Assembly: GCF_964204645.1 (NCBI RefSeq)
Contig: NW_027437463.1
Span: 1-64,000 of the forward strand
Length of the DNA stretch: 64,000 bases
Direction: 5' to 3'
Source of the DNA: Tubulanus polymorphus
Taxonomy: Eukaryota > Animalia > Nemertea
Both the position numbers and the translations under genes were made by a program. This document shows, one piece after another, positions 23,803 through 33,874 of this stretch (the stretch's first letter is position 1; every line of letters begins with the position of its first letter). The notes beneath the pieces were generated by a model. That model saw only the letters and a program-made list of their open reading frames with translations, made no database searches and was not told the DNA's origin.

Positions 23803-25191
23803 TTAAAATTTAAAATATAATATTCCTCCGATTACAATTCCTATACAAGTTATAGCTAATTTAGTATTTTCATGTGATTTATTATCATTATCAGTTTTAA
23901 TTATATCATGTTGAATTTTATCAGTTTTTATATTTTCTGATGTATTGTAATCTTTTATTTTGGAATCATTATCCAATTTAATATTCTTAGTTTTAGTTTC
24001 AGTTGATTGAATGTGTTTTTTATTTTTTTCACCTTCCATTAATTTTGGAGCAGTGATAATCTTTTTATTTATATCATTTAACCCAAATGAATTATTTATT
24101 GTTGCAGTTTTAATTAGATTATTATAACCAATTATGTTTCCCATCTTTAATACTAAATCATTAGAAATAATTAATAGATTAGGGCCTATACAATAATTTA
24201 GTCTTACATGAGATTTATCTAAATAATTTTGATATCTTATAATGTTTTCTGGAATCGATCTATTTTTATCATTATGAATTGAATCTTCAAATAAAACTTT
24301 AAATTGTTTTTGTGTATCGAATGATGTATTCAAATTTCCAATTATCGGTGATCTTGTTTCAACTTGTGATCCTAGAATACAAATCAAATAAGTTCTAATA
24401 GATTGATTTATTCTTTCTATACCTGATTTAGTAAAACCTTCACTATTCTCTAAAATAAAATAAACCCAACCATTATTGTTTTCTTGTTTTAAATTATCAT
24501 AAAATTTCGGTAATTTATTGAAATTTAATGTTTCTAAATCCTTTGTTTCTATTTTACCATAACCTAATTTTTTATTATAGATATTATAAAAACTATTAGA
24601 TGGTATAGGAAGTGCACAATATTCTGCAATCTTTCTAGGGCAAGGAAGTGATCTTATTGTTCCAGTTTTTGTTCTAAAATCAGAATTATTTATATCTATA
24701 TTAAATTCATTACAAATTTTATAAAACTTTGATAAATTAATATTATTATCTAATTCTTTAAAATATCTAGATCCTGGTAAAGCGCACTCTAATTCATTTA
24801 ATATTATTCTGATTTGAAAGTATGTATGAAATCTAAATAAACTTTGAATTAATTTATATTTAGAATTATTCAAATGATCATTCCAACTAATTCCACATCC
24901 TGTTGTTGCACAATAAACAGCAAAATTTAATTGATTCTGCCAATACTTCATATTAGATTTTAATAACCATTGTTTTTCATCTTTCAATTTTTTAAAATTA
25001 ATTAAATATACATGAAATATATTTTCCATCTTTGCATTAAAATTATTAGTTTCAGTAACATAAATATATAAATCAATTAATGAATCTAAAACTTCATTTC
25101 TATATGTAATATCTTTATTAAAATCTATTGCTGGAATATTATATTTAATTGATTTATTATATCGGAAAGCTTTTGGAAAACTATCTACCAT
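23803..25191 (-). CDS. Polinton hypothetical protein, 462 aa, with C-terminal membrane anchor
   Basis: Intact ORF; WQNQLNFAVYCATTGCGIS motif; tail LAITCIGIVIGGILYFKF. Confidence 0.75.
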   Translation of the reverse strand: MVDSFPKAFRYNKSIKYNIPAIDFNKDITYRNEVLDSLIDLYIYVTETNNFNAKMENIFHVYLINFKKLKDEKQWLLKSNMKYWQNQLNFAVYCATTGCGISWNDHLNNSKYKLIQSLFRFHTYFQIRIILNELECALPGSRYFKELDNNINLSKFYKICNEFNIDINNSDFRTKTGTIRSLPCPRKIAEYCALPIPSNSFYNIYNKKLGYGKIETKDLETLNFNKLPKFYDNLKQENNNGWVYFILENSEGFTKSGIERINQSIRTYLICILGSQVETRSPIIGNLNTSFDTQKQFKVLFEDSIHNDKNRSIPENIIRYQNYLDKSHVRLNYCIGPNLLIISNDLVLKMGNIIGYNNLIKTATINNSFGLNDINKKIITAPKLMEGEKNKKHIQSTETKTKNIKLDNDSKIKDYNTSENIKTDKIQHDIIKTDNDNKSHENTKLAITCIGIVIGGILYFKF

Positions 25192-25207
25192 TTATATAAC
25201 TAAAAAA

Positions 25208-25642
25208 TTAATAATTTATCAATTCTTTTAATAATTTATCTTGTTCTTCAACTGTTATATGACCATTTAAACTTATTATATAATCTAGTGTGTTCTTTAA
25301 TTTATTAATTTCTTTTATATTAGTTTTAATTTTTTCTTTATTACTTTTTATATTTAATTTTGAACTTATACCAGTTAAAACACTTGAACTTAATCCTAAT
25401 ACACCAATTGATATAGCTAAAGGTGTTAATGGACTGAATATTGCTAGAAATGTTATTACAGAACTAATTGTAACCGAACCACTTATAATCAAATAATATA
25501 TAATTTTACTTTTTAAATATTTTTTCTTTTTTATCTTTAAGTCACTTTCAAATTCTAATATTTGTTTTTCTAAATATGTTTTTAATTTAGTTTTATTTAT
25601 ATCATGAGGAATAATATCAATACTATCAACTTTATCTTCCAT
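25208..25642 (-). CDS. Polinton two-TM protein, 144 aa
   Basis: Two hydrophobic helices flanked by basic/coiled segments; TAAATG start. Confidence 0.72.
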   Translation of the reverse strand: MEDKVDSIDIIPHDINKTKLKTYLEKQILEFESDLKIKKKKYLKSKIIYYLIISGSVTISSVITFLAIFSPLTPLAISIGVLGLSSSVLTGISSKLNIKSNKEKIKTNIKEINKLKNTLDYIISLNGHITVEEQDKLLKELINY

Positions 25643-25661
25643 TTATTTAGAATAAAAATTA

Positions 25662-26084
25662 CTAATTAGTAAACTTATAAGCAATAAATATAACAATAAC
25701 AGTTCCACCTAAAATCCATATTATTTCATATTTCTGTTGTTCTTTACTTGGGGTATAATAATCTGATAATTTAGGTTTGTATAGATGTAATTTTTCTTTA
25801 TTTGTTACTGCGTTATATAAACTCATTGCATCATCAACTGATTGAAAATCTCTATGTGAAATCTTCTGATTATATAATTCTTTATTGATGTAATCCATAT
25901 AGTTTTGTCTCTTTTCTCTATATTCTTCTGCAGCTTTATTGTATTTCTCTAACGCTAAGTTATGTCTTCTTTGTTCTCCTAATGAACTATTTTTATCAAT
26001 ATGTTTAAATAAATATCCACCACCAGTAAATGCTAAAGCGTTAACAATTGCCGATCCTATAATAGTTATAATTGCAGAAGCCAT
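25662..26084 (-). CDS. Polinton membrane-associated protein, 140 aa
   Basis: Hydrophobic N-terminus (MASAIITIIGSAIVNALAFTGGGYLF) and C-terminus (IIWILGGTVIVIFIAYKF). Confidence 0.72.
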   Translation of the reverse strand: MASAIITIIGSAIVNALAFTGGGYLFKHIDKNSSLGEQRRHNLALEKYNKAAEEYREKRQNYMDYINKELYNQKISHRDFQSVDDAMSLYNAVTNKEKLHLYKPKLSDYYTPSKEQQKYEIIWILGGTVIVIFIAYKFTN

Positions 26085-26109
26085 TTATTTAGCAAAAAAA
26101 ATTATGCAT

Positions 26110-26331
26110 TTATATGGGAGGAATATATTTTTGTTTTTCCAAATAATCAATAGTTAAATTAGATAAAGTAACTGCTAATGTTAACTTTAAAATATCATTT
26201 ATATCAAATCTATCAACATTAACACTTCCCATTTTGAATACTTTTTTTAATACCATTGAATAACCAACAGTTCCAACTGATAGTAATGCGCCATTATATA
26301 ATCCAGTTATTATCTACTTATTATCACTCAT
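26110..26331 (-). pseudogene. Small hydrophobic Polinton protein (73 codons) with TAG at codon 6; absent from the ORF track
   Basis: TAAATG start abutting the upstream stop; MSDNK*IITGLYNGALLSVGTVGYSMVLKKVFKMGSVNVDRFDINDILKLTLAVTLSNLTIDYLEKQKYIPPI*. Fills the gap between two genes. Confidence 0.65.
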
Positions 26332-26673
26332 TTATTTATCAAAAAAATTACTATCATCAAAATATTTAGTTATCTTAGTGATGATTAATTCAACATTTAT
26401 TTCATTACTACTTTGATGATTATCATATATTTTGGATAATATGTTTTTGATATCATCAATAATTCCATCTTCATTTAATTCATAATATTCTAAAGGTGAT
26501 TTAATTAAATCAATTACTTTTTCTATATTATACTTTTCTTTATCAATCATTGATGCATTGTTAAATGATTTACTTTTTATATCAGTAATTACATCATTTA
26601 GTTTAATTCTCATTTCTTTACCATGTTTAAAATCAAACCCAAAACATATACTCGGTCCAACAGTTATATTCAT
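26332..26673 (-). CDS. Polinton hypothetical protein, 113 aa
   Basis: Intact ORF with T-run/TAAATG start, tightly packed between neighbours. Confidence 0.65.
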   Translation of the reverse strand: MNITVGPSICFGFDFKHGKEMRIKLNDVITDIKSKSFNNASMIDKEKYNIEKVIDLIKSPLEYYELNEDGIIDDIKNILSKIYDNHQSSNEINVELIITKITKYFDDSNFFDK

Positions 26674-26690
26674 TTATATAGTGAAAAAAA

Positions 26691-27452
26691 TTACTCTTTA
26701 CATCTTATAACTAATTCATAAATTACAGGGAAATTATTTAAATCAATTAAGTATCCATTATGATTTCTAATTTCTAATCTAAAATTATTAAAACTAGGAA
26801 TGCATGGTTTGAAATCACATTCTGTTAAATTATAATTTATTTGCGTTCCAAATTCTTTAACATTCTTCAATGGTAAAATGTTTAGTAAACCAGAATTACA
26901 AGTTATATCTTTAGTTGCTTCGAATGTTTTTGTAGGATCGATTAAATTGCAATAAATATAAAAATGTGTGTAAGGTATTAAGTTTGGTGTAGTAGCGTCA
27001 ATATTTGTAAAAGATCTATCTGGAAGAATTCCTAACAGTTTAGCTATAGGTTTTTTTACCATAATTTTATGTTTTTCACTATTAGACAACCTTATCTTTA
27101 TTCTATCAGAACTCTCACTTTTTAAAAATCTAATACTAAACCCAGAACTACTACCTAATTTGTGCCAGGCTTTTCTATTAATTTCTTGTGCTAATGTATC
27201 TAAATTATATAACCCTGGTTTTAAATATATATAGACCCATTCATTTTTATTTCTAATATTAATTAAAAAGACTCTATGTTCAATAGACTTATCCGATACA
27301 TTGTAAAAAGAATTACATAAACTTATATTAACTAATTTTAAATCTACACAATTCTTGAATTCTCTATCTAATTGTACTAGTAAATTATGAGATTTATAAT
27401 TTGTAAGTTTTCTAGAATCAACAAATATTCTATATTCTTTTAATTCCACCAT
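26691..27452 (-). CDS. Minor capsid protein (penton, single jelly-roll), 253 aa
   Basis: IFVDS..VQLDREF, NSFYNV, LKPGLYNLDTL, FYIYCNLI, LLNILP, FRLEIRNHNGYLIDLNN follow the penton pattern. Confidence 0.75.
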   Translation of the reverse strand: MVELKEYRIFVDSRKLTNYKSHNLLVQLDREFKNCVDLKLVNISLCNSFYNVSDKSIEHRVFLINIRNKNEWVYIYLKPGLYNLDTLAQEINRKAWHKLGSSSGFSIRFLKSESSDRIKIRLSNSEKHKIMVKKPIAKLLGILPDRSFTNIDATTPNLIPYTHFYIYCNLIDPTKTFEATKDITCNSGLLNILPLKNVKEFGTQINYNLTECDFKPCIPSFNNFRLEIRNHNGYLIDLNNFPVIYELVIRCKE

Positions 27453-27520
27453 TATTTATAACATAAAAAAATTACCGCTCATCACTAAAAATTAATTTTA
27501 ATAAAATTTTTCCTTAATAA

Positions 27521-28819
27521 ATGGATGAGAAGATAGCATGCGAAATTTGTGGTGAACTTCTAAGAAAAAGTAATATGGCTCGACATATGAAAAAACATGA
27601 TGAAAATTATAAACCCCCTAAAATAAACTGTCCAAAATGTAATAAATTATTCTCAAGAAATTATGTTAAAAAACATTCAGAGAAGTGTAGAATTAATGGC
27701 GCAACGGCTAATGTTGATAGTAATTCTGCTGAAGTTGAACCTGAAGTTATTTGGAAAAGACCTTTCTTATTCTATGATAAGGATAATATAAAAGATCATT
27801 TCTGTGAGCCTTGTCAAGTAAAATATAGCCCTGAAAATATAGAAGATTGGGAGAATCATCAATTTCGTAAAGCACATATAGATAAAATTTCTAATAAATT
27901 TGAAACTGAATTCAATGAAAGAAAAAATAATTTATTAGAAAAAATAAAATATGAGAAAACGTTACCAGATAATAAAGAAACAGTTGAAAAGTTAGAAAAA
28001 CAATATAATGAATTAACAAGAAAAACATATTATTGTAAATATTGTAAATTGATTATTACAACAAGTAATTCAAATCTACATAATAGAACAATAAAACATA
28101 AAGAAAACGTAAGAAAATACCAAGAGCTTAATGAAGATCTATTACCAATAAATTATAAACGAAAATGCCCACAATGTAGTTATGCGACCTTAAGGCAAGA
28201 AGGTACTGTGTTATTTTGTGTTGAATGTGGATGGCAAAAGAATTTATGGGGTGAAGAAAAAACTAGAGATTTTCTCATAGAACCAAAATTAAATTATCTA
28301 GATGAAATTTTTAAAATATTTTCTATAGAAGATTATACACCAGAATATATGCAATGGCTTGAAAAAATGAAAATAATAGAAAATAAAAATGGTGAAATAA
28401 CTAAAAAAGATATTATAAAAACAATTATTCCACCAACATTTAACACAAAACAAAAGAAAATGTATTTATATTTATTATTTAACGATTATTATGAAAAACC
28501 TAAATTAACAGAAGAAGATATGGAAAATATAAAAAAAATATTTAAACAAATATTAATGTATCATTTGGAAAATAGAATAACAGATTCAATAAATTATGAA
28601 TTCTTTTTAAATAAGATTGTAAATTATTTAAACCTAGATATTATAATTCCATTTGATGAATTAACAAACAAAAAGAAACAAAGAGAGCGAGATGAAATGT
28701 GGAACAAGATAGAACTTTATTTAAATGAGAAAAATGGAATGGAAGAAGAATCTGAACAATTAAATGGAAATGAAGAAGCCAATAGTGATTTCGAGTTTGA
28801 TGATATAGATCCATTTTAA
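27521..28819 (+). CDS. Zinc-finger protein fused to a VLTF3 (poxvirus A2)/TFIIB-like domain, 432 aa
   Basis: Four N-terminal C2H2/C2HC-type fingers, zinc ribbon CPQC-x12-FCVECG, and C-terminal SINYEFFLNKIVNYL..F..L..KKKQRERDEMWNKI..YL matching the remembered VLTF3 pattern FLNYxYVLxKL..L.....FPLLKSxxKxxxxDxIWKKIC. Confidence 0.65.
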   Translation: MDEKIACEICGELLRKSNMARHMKKHDENYKPPKINCPKCNKLFSRNYVKKHSEKCRINGATANVDSNSAEVEPEVIWKRPFLFYDKDNIKDHFCEPCQVKYSPENIEDWENHQFRKAHIDKISNKFETEFNERKNNLLEKIKYEKTLPDNKETVEKLEKQYNELTRKTYYCKYCKLIITTSNSNLHNRTIKHKENVRKYQELNEDLLPINYKRKCPQCSYATLRQEGTVLFCVECGWQKNLWGEEKTRDFLIEPKLNYLDEIFKIFSIEDYTPEYMQWLEKMKIIENKNGEITKKDIIKTIIPPTFNTKQKKMYLYLLFNDYYEKPKLTEEDMENIKKIFKQILMYHLENRITDSINYEFFLNKIVNYLNLDIIIPFDELTNKKKQRERDEMWNKIELYLNEKNGMEEESEQLNGNEEANSDFEFDDIDPF

Positions 28820-31800
28820 TAACCATAAGGTAATGTTTTTATACCATCATCTGAAATATGCCTTTTATCATCAAATGGATTTAAATTAGTTTTTTCAACT
28901 TCATTAATGTACATCTCATGATTTTCTGATCTTAAACAATTCATCTTGTGTTTCATTACAATTGATTTATATAAACACTTTATATAATCTTAAAATTCTA
29001 TATGTTTATCAACCACATGTTTTGTTATTCCTTTTAACTTTTTAGCTTCATGATCTTTTGTTCTGTAACTATACATTTTACTTCTTATCCCAACAAATTC
29101 AATCATTTCATCACCTCCTAATTCATCTTTAAATTTACCAGGAATCTTTTTATTATCATTGCTAAATAGTTCATGATCTTTAGGATAATTGCTAAAATCA
29201 AAATGATGTTTTAATGTTTTTAAGTCTTTTGTTATGTCATTTGTCTTGATTTTTAGTATGTACGCATCCGTATTTTTTTGGATTAATGGGAACCCAGAAT
29301 TGAATGTTCATCTGTTGATAAATCATAAACATAGTCAGTTGGGTTATATATTTCAAATAAATCTTTAACTTCTTCAGTTAAATCTTTTTCTACATGCCTT
29401 AAATTAAAGCAATTTGGTTTAGATTTAATCAATCCAATATTCATATTGAAGCCTAATGAACTGCATAACACATTTAACCCACTTATTGCACATTTTCCTT
29501 TCTGTGCAAAGGTTATCGTTTTATCCTTTATAAATTTTTTAGTACCATCGGCTGCGTAGAACCCAATGAAGAACCATTTTCTAAGATTATATTCTGAATT
29601 TAATATATAATCTGGTACTATTTTTTCTTTAGTTGAAGTATTACTTTTCACTATTGCATGAATATAGAATTCATCATTATATTCTATAGCAAAATCTTTA
29701 GGATTATTTACAAGTATTCTATAAACTGCTGATGATTTCATAACATCCATGATTCTAAATGTTTTATGTGAATAAACTTCTTCACAGAATTTCTTAATTC
29801 TTTCTAATAATTTTAAGTCTTGATTGCATAAATACCAACAATATTTATTACCCCAAACATATTTATACACACCTGCTGAACCATCACCCATGAAAAATCC
29901 TTTGATAAAATATTCTTTTTCTTCCAATGTTTCAGGTTCTATATTATAAATATTATTAATTATTTCATCAAATGACATATGATTCATTCTTGGGAAAAAT
30001 CTTTTATGTAATAATTCATCTCCAATTTTTATATCAGTTGGTTTTATTTCATCACCATTTTGTTTAATTAAACTGTGGTCTTCAGTAACATCTACAAACC
30101 CTAATTTAGTTCTAACTCTATAGATTTTCTTATTTGTTTTATGTCTAATAATATTCTTTAATTTTTTCCATCCATTTCTTGTCCAAACATCTATTAAACC
30201 ATTTATTTGTATCAATTCTTTTTCTCCATATGAAATATAACATTCATTTTGTTTTGGAATTATTTCTGAAATTCTTCTTACTAATATTTTATTATTACAT
30301 TTTAATAATATTGGGGTGTCGGCCGTTACAGAATCGAAGTACAGAATTTCTATATGTTTTTCCCCAAACAATGGTTGTAATACATTGTAATAAAAATCAT
30401 ACATTAATAATTTTGATATTTCTAAAACTGTTGAACCAATGAAAATGGGTTTATTAAATTTCATTGACGTTCTTTTTAATTTTACTGCTGTTAAATAATC
30501 TTCAAATCTTTTATTTCCTAAATGTCTAGGACTTGATTGTAGGTGTCTCAATCGTTCAGAATTATTTACTAATTCAATATCATTTCTATTTCTAATATTT
30601 TCACATGTTTTACCATAAAAACTATTGTTCATTAATTTGAAGAAATCTTTTTCAAAATCTGTTTTTGATATGGTTCTCTGTTGAGTATTGAAATCTATAT
30701 ATTTTTCTAACCACTTGGATTGATTAAATTCAATATATCTATGTACTTTCTTTAATTTCATTCCTTGTTTTAGATAAAATTTTAACATTCTATAATGAAC
30801 AATATAATTGTATTTATTATTTTGAGTAAGTATTAATTTTTCTGTAAAAACATGATCTTTCGGTTTTATTTTCTTCTGGTATTCACTTAAATAACTATCA
30901 TCTACAGTTAAATGTTCTGGGCAATAAGGTAAGTTTCTTGTTTTAAACTTTATGTTATCAGGATATTCTAAATCAACTACAAAGAAATAACCAATTGGTG
31001 CTTCATCTTCTAAACTCATAATTGCGCTTTCCCAATTAGTTTTATCATCATTTTCAACTTCTGTTAATATAAAATTTTTATATGGTTGAGGTTGCATCAT
31101 TGCCCAACCATATAAATTATTGGCGTCAATATATAATAATTTATATTCATCATTTGCTTTAAAATACCTATCTCCCATAACACCACTAATTCCACCTCTA
31201 ATTGATTTTTCAAATAATAAAACCATATCTGGTTCTTTTAATAAATCTAATTCTACATTTGTATATTTTAAACCACATTGCCAGGTTAAACCAGGACTTG
31301 AATAACAATAACAAGGATCAACATTAAAATGATTCAAATTAACTTCTCTAAATTTTTCAAATATGTCAGCCAATATCATAACATCTGATTTTAAATATAA
31401 ATCAACTAATTCGCCATGATTTTTCATCTTAAAATGGTTCCAAATATTTAATGTTCTATTAAACACTTCGTCTTTCACATACTCCTCTTTTAATTTATCA
31501 TAAAATTGATCTTTTAATAATTCTGTTACATTAAAATCATCATGTGTTTTATAAAATGAATAAGGAATTGCGCCTTTATATCTCAATAATTTAAAATCTT
31601 GTTCATTTGGATAATAATATCGAGTTATAACAAAATCATTATCAACTAAACTTTTTGATAAATTATCTAATGAACTTGCTAGAAATCTATAAGAATCTAA
31701 AAATCTAATGCAACCAAATTGAAATGAAATATAATTTTCAGATGTTTTAGCTAATAGTTTAAAATCATATTTTCTTACATTTGCTTCATTCATAGCATTA

Positions 31801-33874
31801 TATTCTTCTATTTCTTGATTAATTGCACCCAATTTTCCCGATAATTGTTTTATAAATAGATGGGTATCATAACCCGATAAATTATGAAATAATATTGGTA
31901 CGAAATTAACTTTCTTAGCTTGTAAATTGCAATCTTCATGAGCAGCTCCACGATATTTTGAATTCAAATGATCATGATCTCTAACTCTTTTATCAAATGA
32001 ATAAAAACGTTTTTCACAATAACAACAATGAGTTGCATAATTAAAATCAATTTCATCTTCTTTTGTCATAACTATTCTTTTATTTTTGTTTAATAATTTT
32101 GTAAAATCACTTTCTAATTCAATCATTTTATCACAAAAATCATTAACTACATTTTCACCTCTAAAAGAAATATATTGACTTTCATATAATTCGGGATAAT
32201 TTGATTTGATGTAAATTCCATAAGCAGCAGCTCTTTGATGAACTTTTTTAATTGTATTTATAATTGGCGGGTCTTGTATTGTGTCTTCATTTAATTCATT
32301 TCCTTTATCCATTGATTTTAATAATTGCTTTTTGTTATATATTTCTTTTCTATCTTGATCAGTTAATTCTTTATTCAACGATTCAAAATCCCCATAAATT
32401 ACAAATGGAACAATATTTTTAAATTTATGATTAGTAAATTTCAATTTATAATCTTTTTCTGTTGGCATTATTAATTTACAGAATCTTTATTATCACATAA
32501 TTCTTTATGTTTTAATAATGTATTCTCAGTCATAAATTTGGATAAACATTTTCTACATAGATAAATTTTATTATGATGATCACTTTCTGTTCTAAAGAAT
32601 AAATCAATTTGTTTTAACCACATATAATGTTCATTTTCATCTTTTTTGTAATATAACAAATCTATAGCATTTTCATCATCATAATATTCTGTTAAATATA
32701 AAGCTTCCAATGTATAATCTTTAATATTTTCACCTTTTGTCTTTGGTAATTGCATTAATTCGAATACATTTATTTTTAAATTATTAACTTTTTCTATTTT
32801 AGGAATCATTTTTATAGTTACTGGATATTGATCAATTTTATATAATGTTTCATATTTCCGATAATCTGTTATTCTACAAACATTTTCCTGTGTTGGATGT
32901 AAACAACTAATAATTGACCATAGAAAACATTTATTATCTTCATTTTGAACATTTATTACTGCTTTTGTTGTAAACGGTAATTTGATATAACTTGATGCTT
33001 TCATATCCTTTTCTGTTGTAAAGTTTGAATCATTTTTAAACATTTTATTACTTTTTGATGTTTTATTCCTTTTTGTATTATAAACATTTAAATCTAAATA
33101 TATAATTTCATTCAATGTTAAGCCAGAACCCTCAAAATATCTTTCTTCAATATGACGTTTAAATTCATTTAATATTTTTTCTAACTTCTCTTTTATTTGT
33201 GTTTTTGAAATTATTTCTTCAGAGTGTGTTTGAATATTATAATCCATTTTTTCTTCTGACTTTATAAAACTTACTTTCCCAGAGATACTAATTTTTGGAT
33301 ATTCAACATCTGTTATCAAATCTAGTATTTTTTCTATTATTTCATTAAATTTACTATAATCTTCTATTGTTGTACCTTTAAAAAATCTAAATATAATAGC
33401 TGCAGGACCAATTTTACTATGTAATGTTTCTAAGATTTCAATTGTATCTTTTATTTCTAGTGAATCAATATAATTTCTAATATTTTCCATGTAAGGTTTA
33501 TTTGAAATGGATTTAGTTTTTGAAGTTGATTCTTTTACTTGTTGAGGTTTATCATCAAAATAATCTATTCCTAAAACATTATTTCTCAAATTTTGATGGT
33601 GTTTTTCTGTTTCGAGATGTTTATTATAATTCCTTTTTGTTATAAATTCATCACAAACTTCACATTTTATTTCATCCACATTCATATTTTCTAATCGTTC
33701 TTTTCTTTCAATGGAATTTTCTGGAGTTTCAAAATCTATAACATTTTTTATATGATTTGAAGATTTTTCATGTTTAGATTTATTAGATTTATCGATGTAT
33801 TTTTTACAATATTGACAATAATATTGATTTTTATTGATATTATTGTTTTCTAGTTGGTGTTCATTCTCCCCCAT
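28816..33874 (-). pseudogene. polB: Protein-primed family B DNA polymerase with N-terminal zinc fingers and terminal-protein region, endonuclease VII-like insert and intein; frameshifts near 32480 and 29308, stop at 28992
   Basis: ExoI IYGDFES, ExoII FHNLSGYD, ExoIII YLKSDV, SIRGG, motif A YIDANNLYG, motif B KLMNNSFYGK, split motif C YFD/TDA. The C-terminus, read manually from 29271 to 28816, has GKFKDE, RSKMYSY, KLKGI, FDDKR, TLPYGY*. Confidence 0.95.
29272..30332 (-). mobile_element. Intein (~354 aa) with LAGLIDADG homing endonuclease inserted in PolB motif C
   Basis: YFD|SVTADTPILL (block A), VDVTEDHSL (block B TxxH), KGFFMGDGS and IGFYAADGT (LAGLIDADG blocks), YVYDLST (block F), and after a 1-bp frameshift TFNSGFPLIQKN|TDA (block G, +1 Thr). 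Removing it restores YFDTDA. Confidence 0.95.

Noticed and set aside
22351-26157. Plus-strand ORFs antisense to Polinton genes (22351, 23509, 25290, 25939; also 18224, 30179, 31120)
   Set aside because: Antisense shadows of AT-rich coding sequence with no TAAATG starts or motifs.
31905-32035. Endonuclease VII-like motif (CCYC..RDHDH..YRGAAHEDCN) in pPolB as a novelty
   Set aside because: A known regular feature of one major group of Polinton polymerases.
29283-32468. 1061-aa ORF as the complete polymerase, with 32471-33874 as a separate gene
   Set aside because: Both ends are frameshift artefacts; the gene runs 33874-28816 and ATG 32468 lacks the TAAATG context of true starts.
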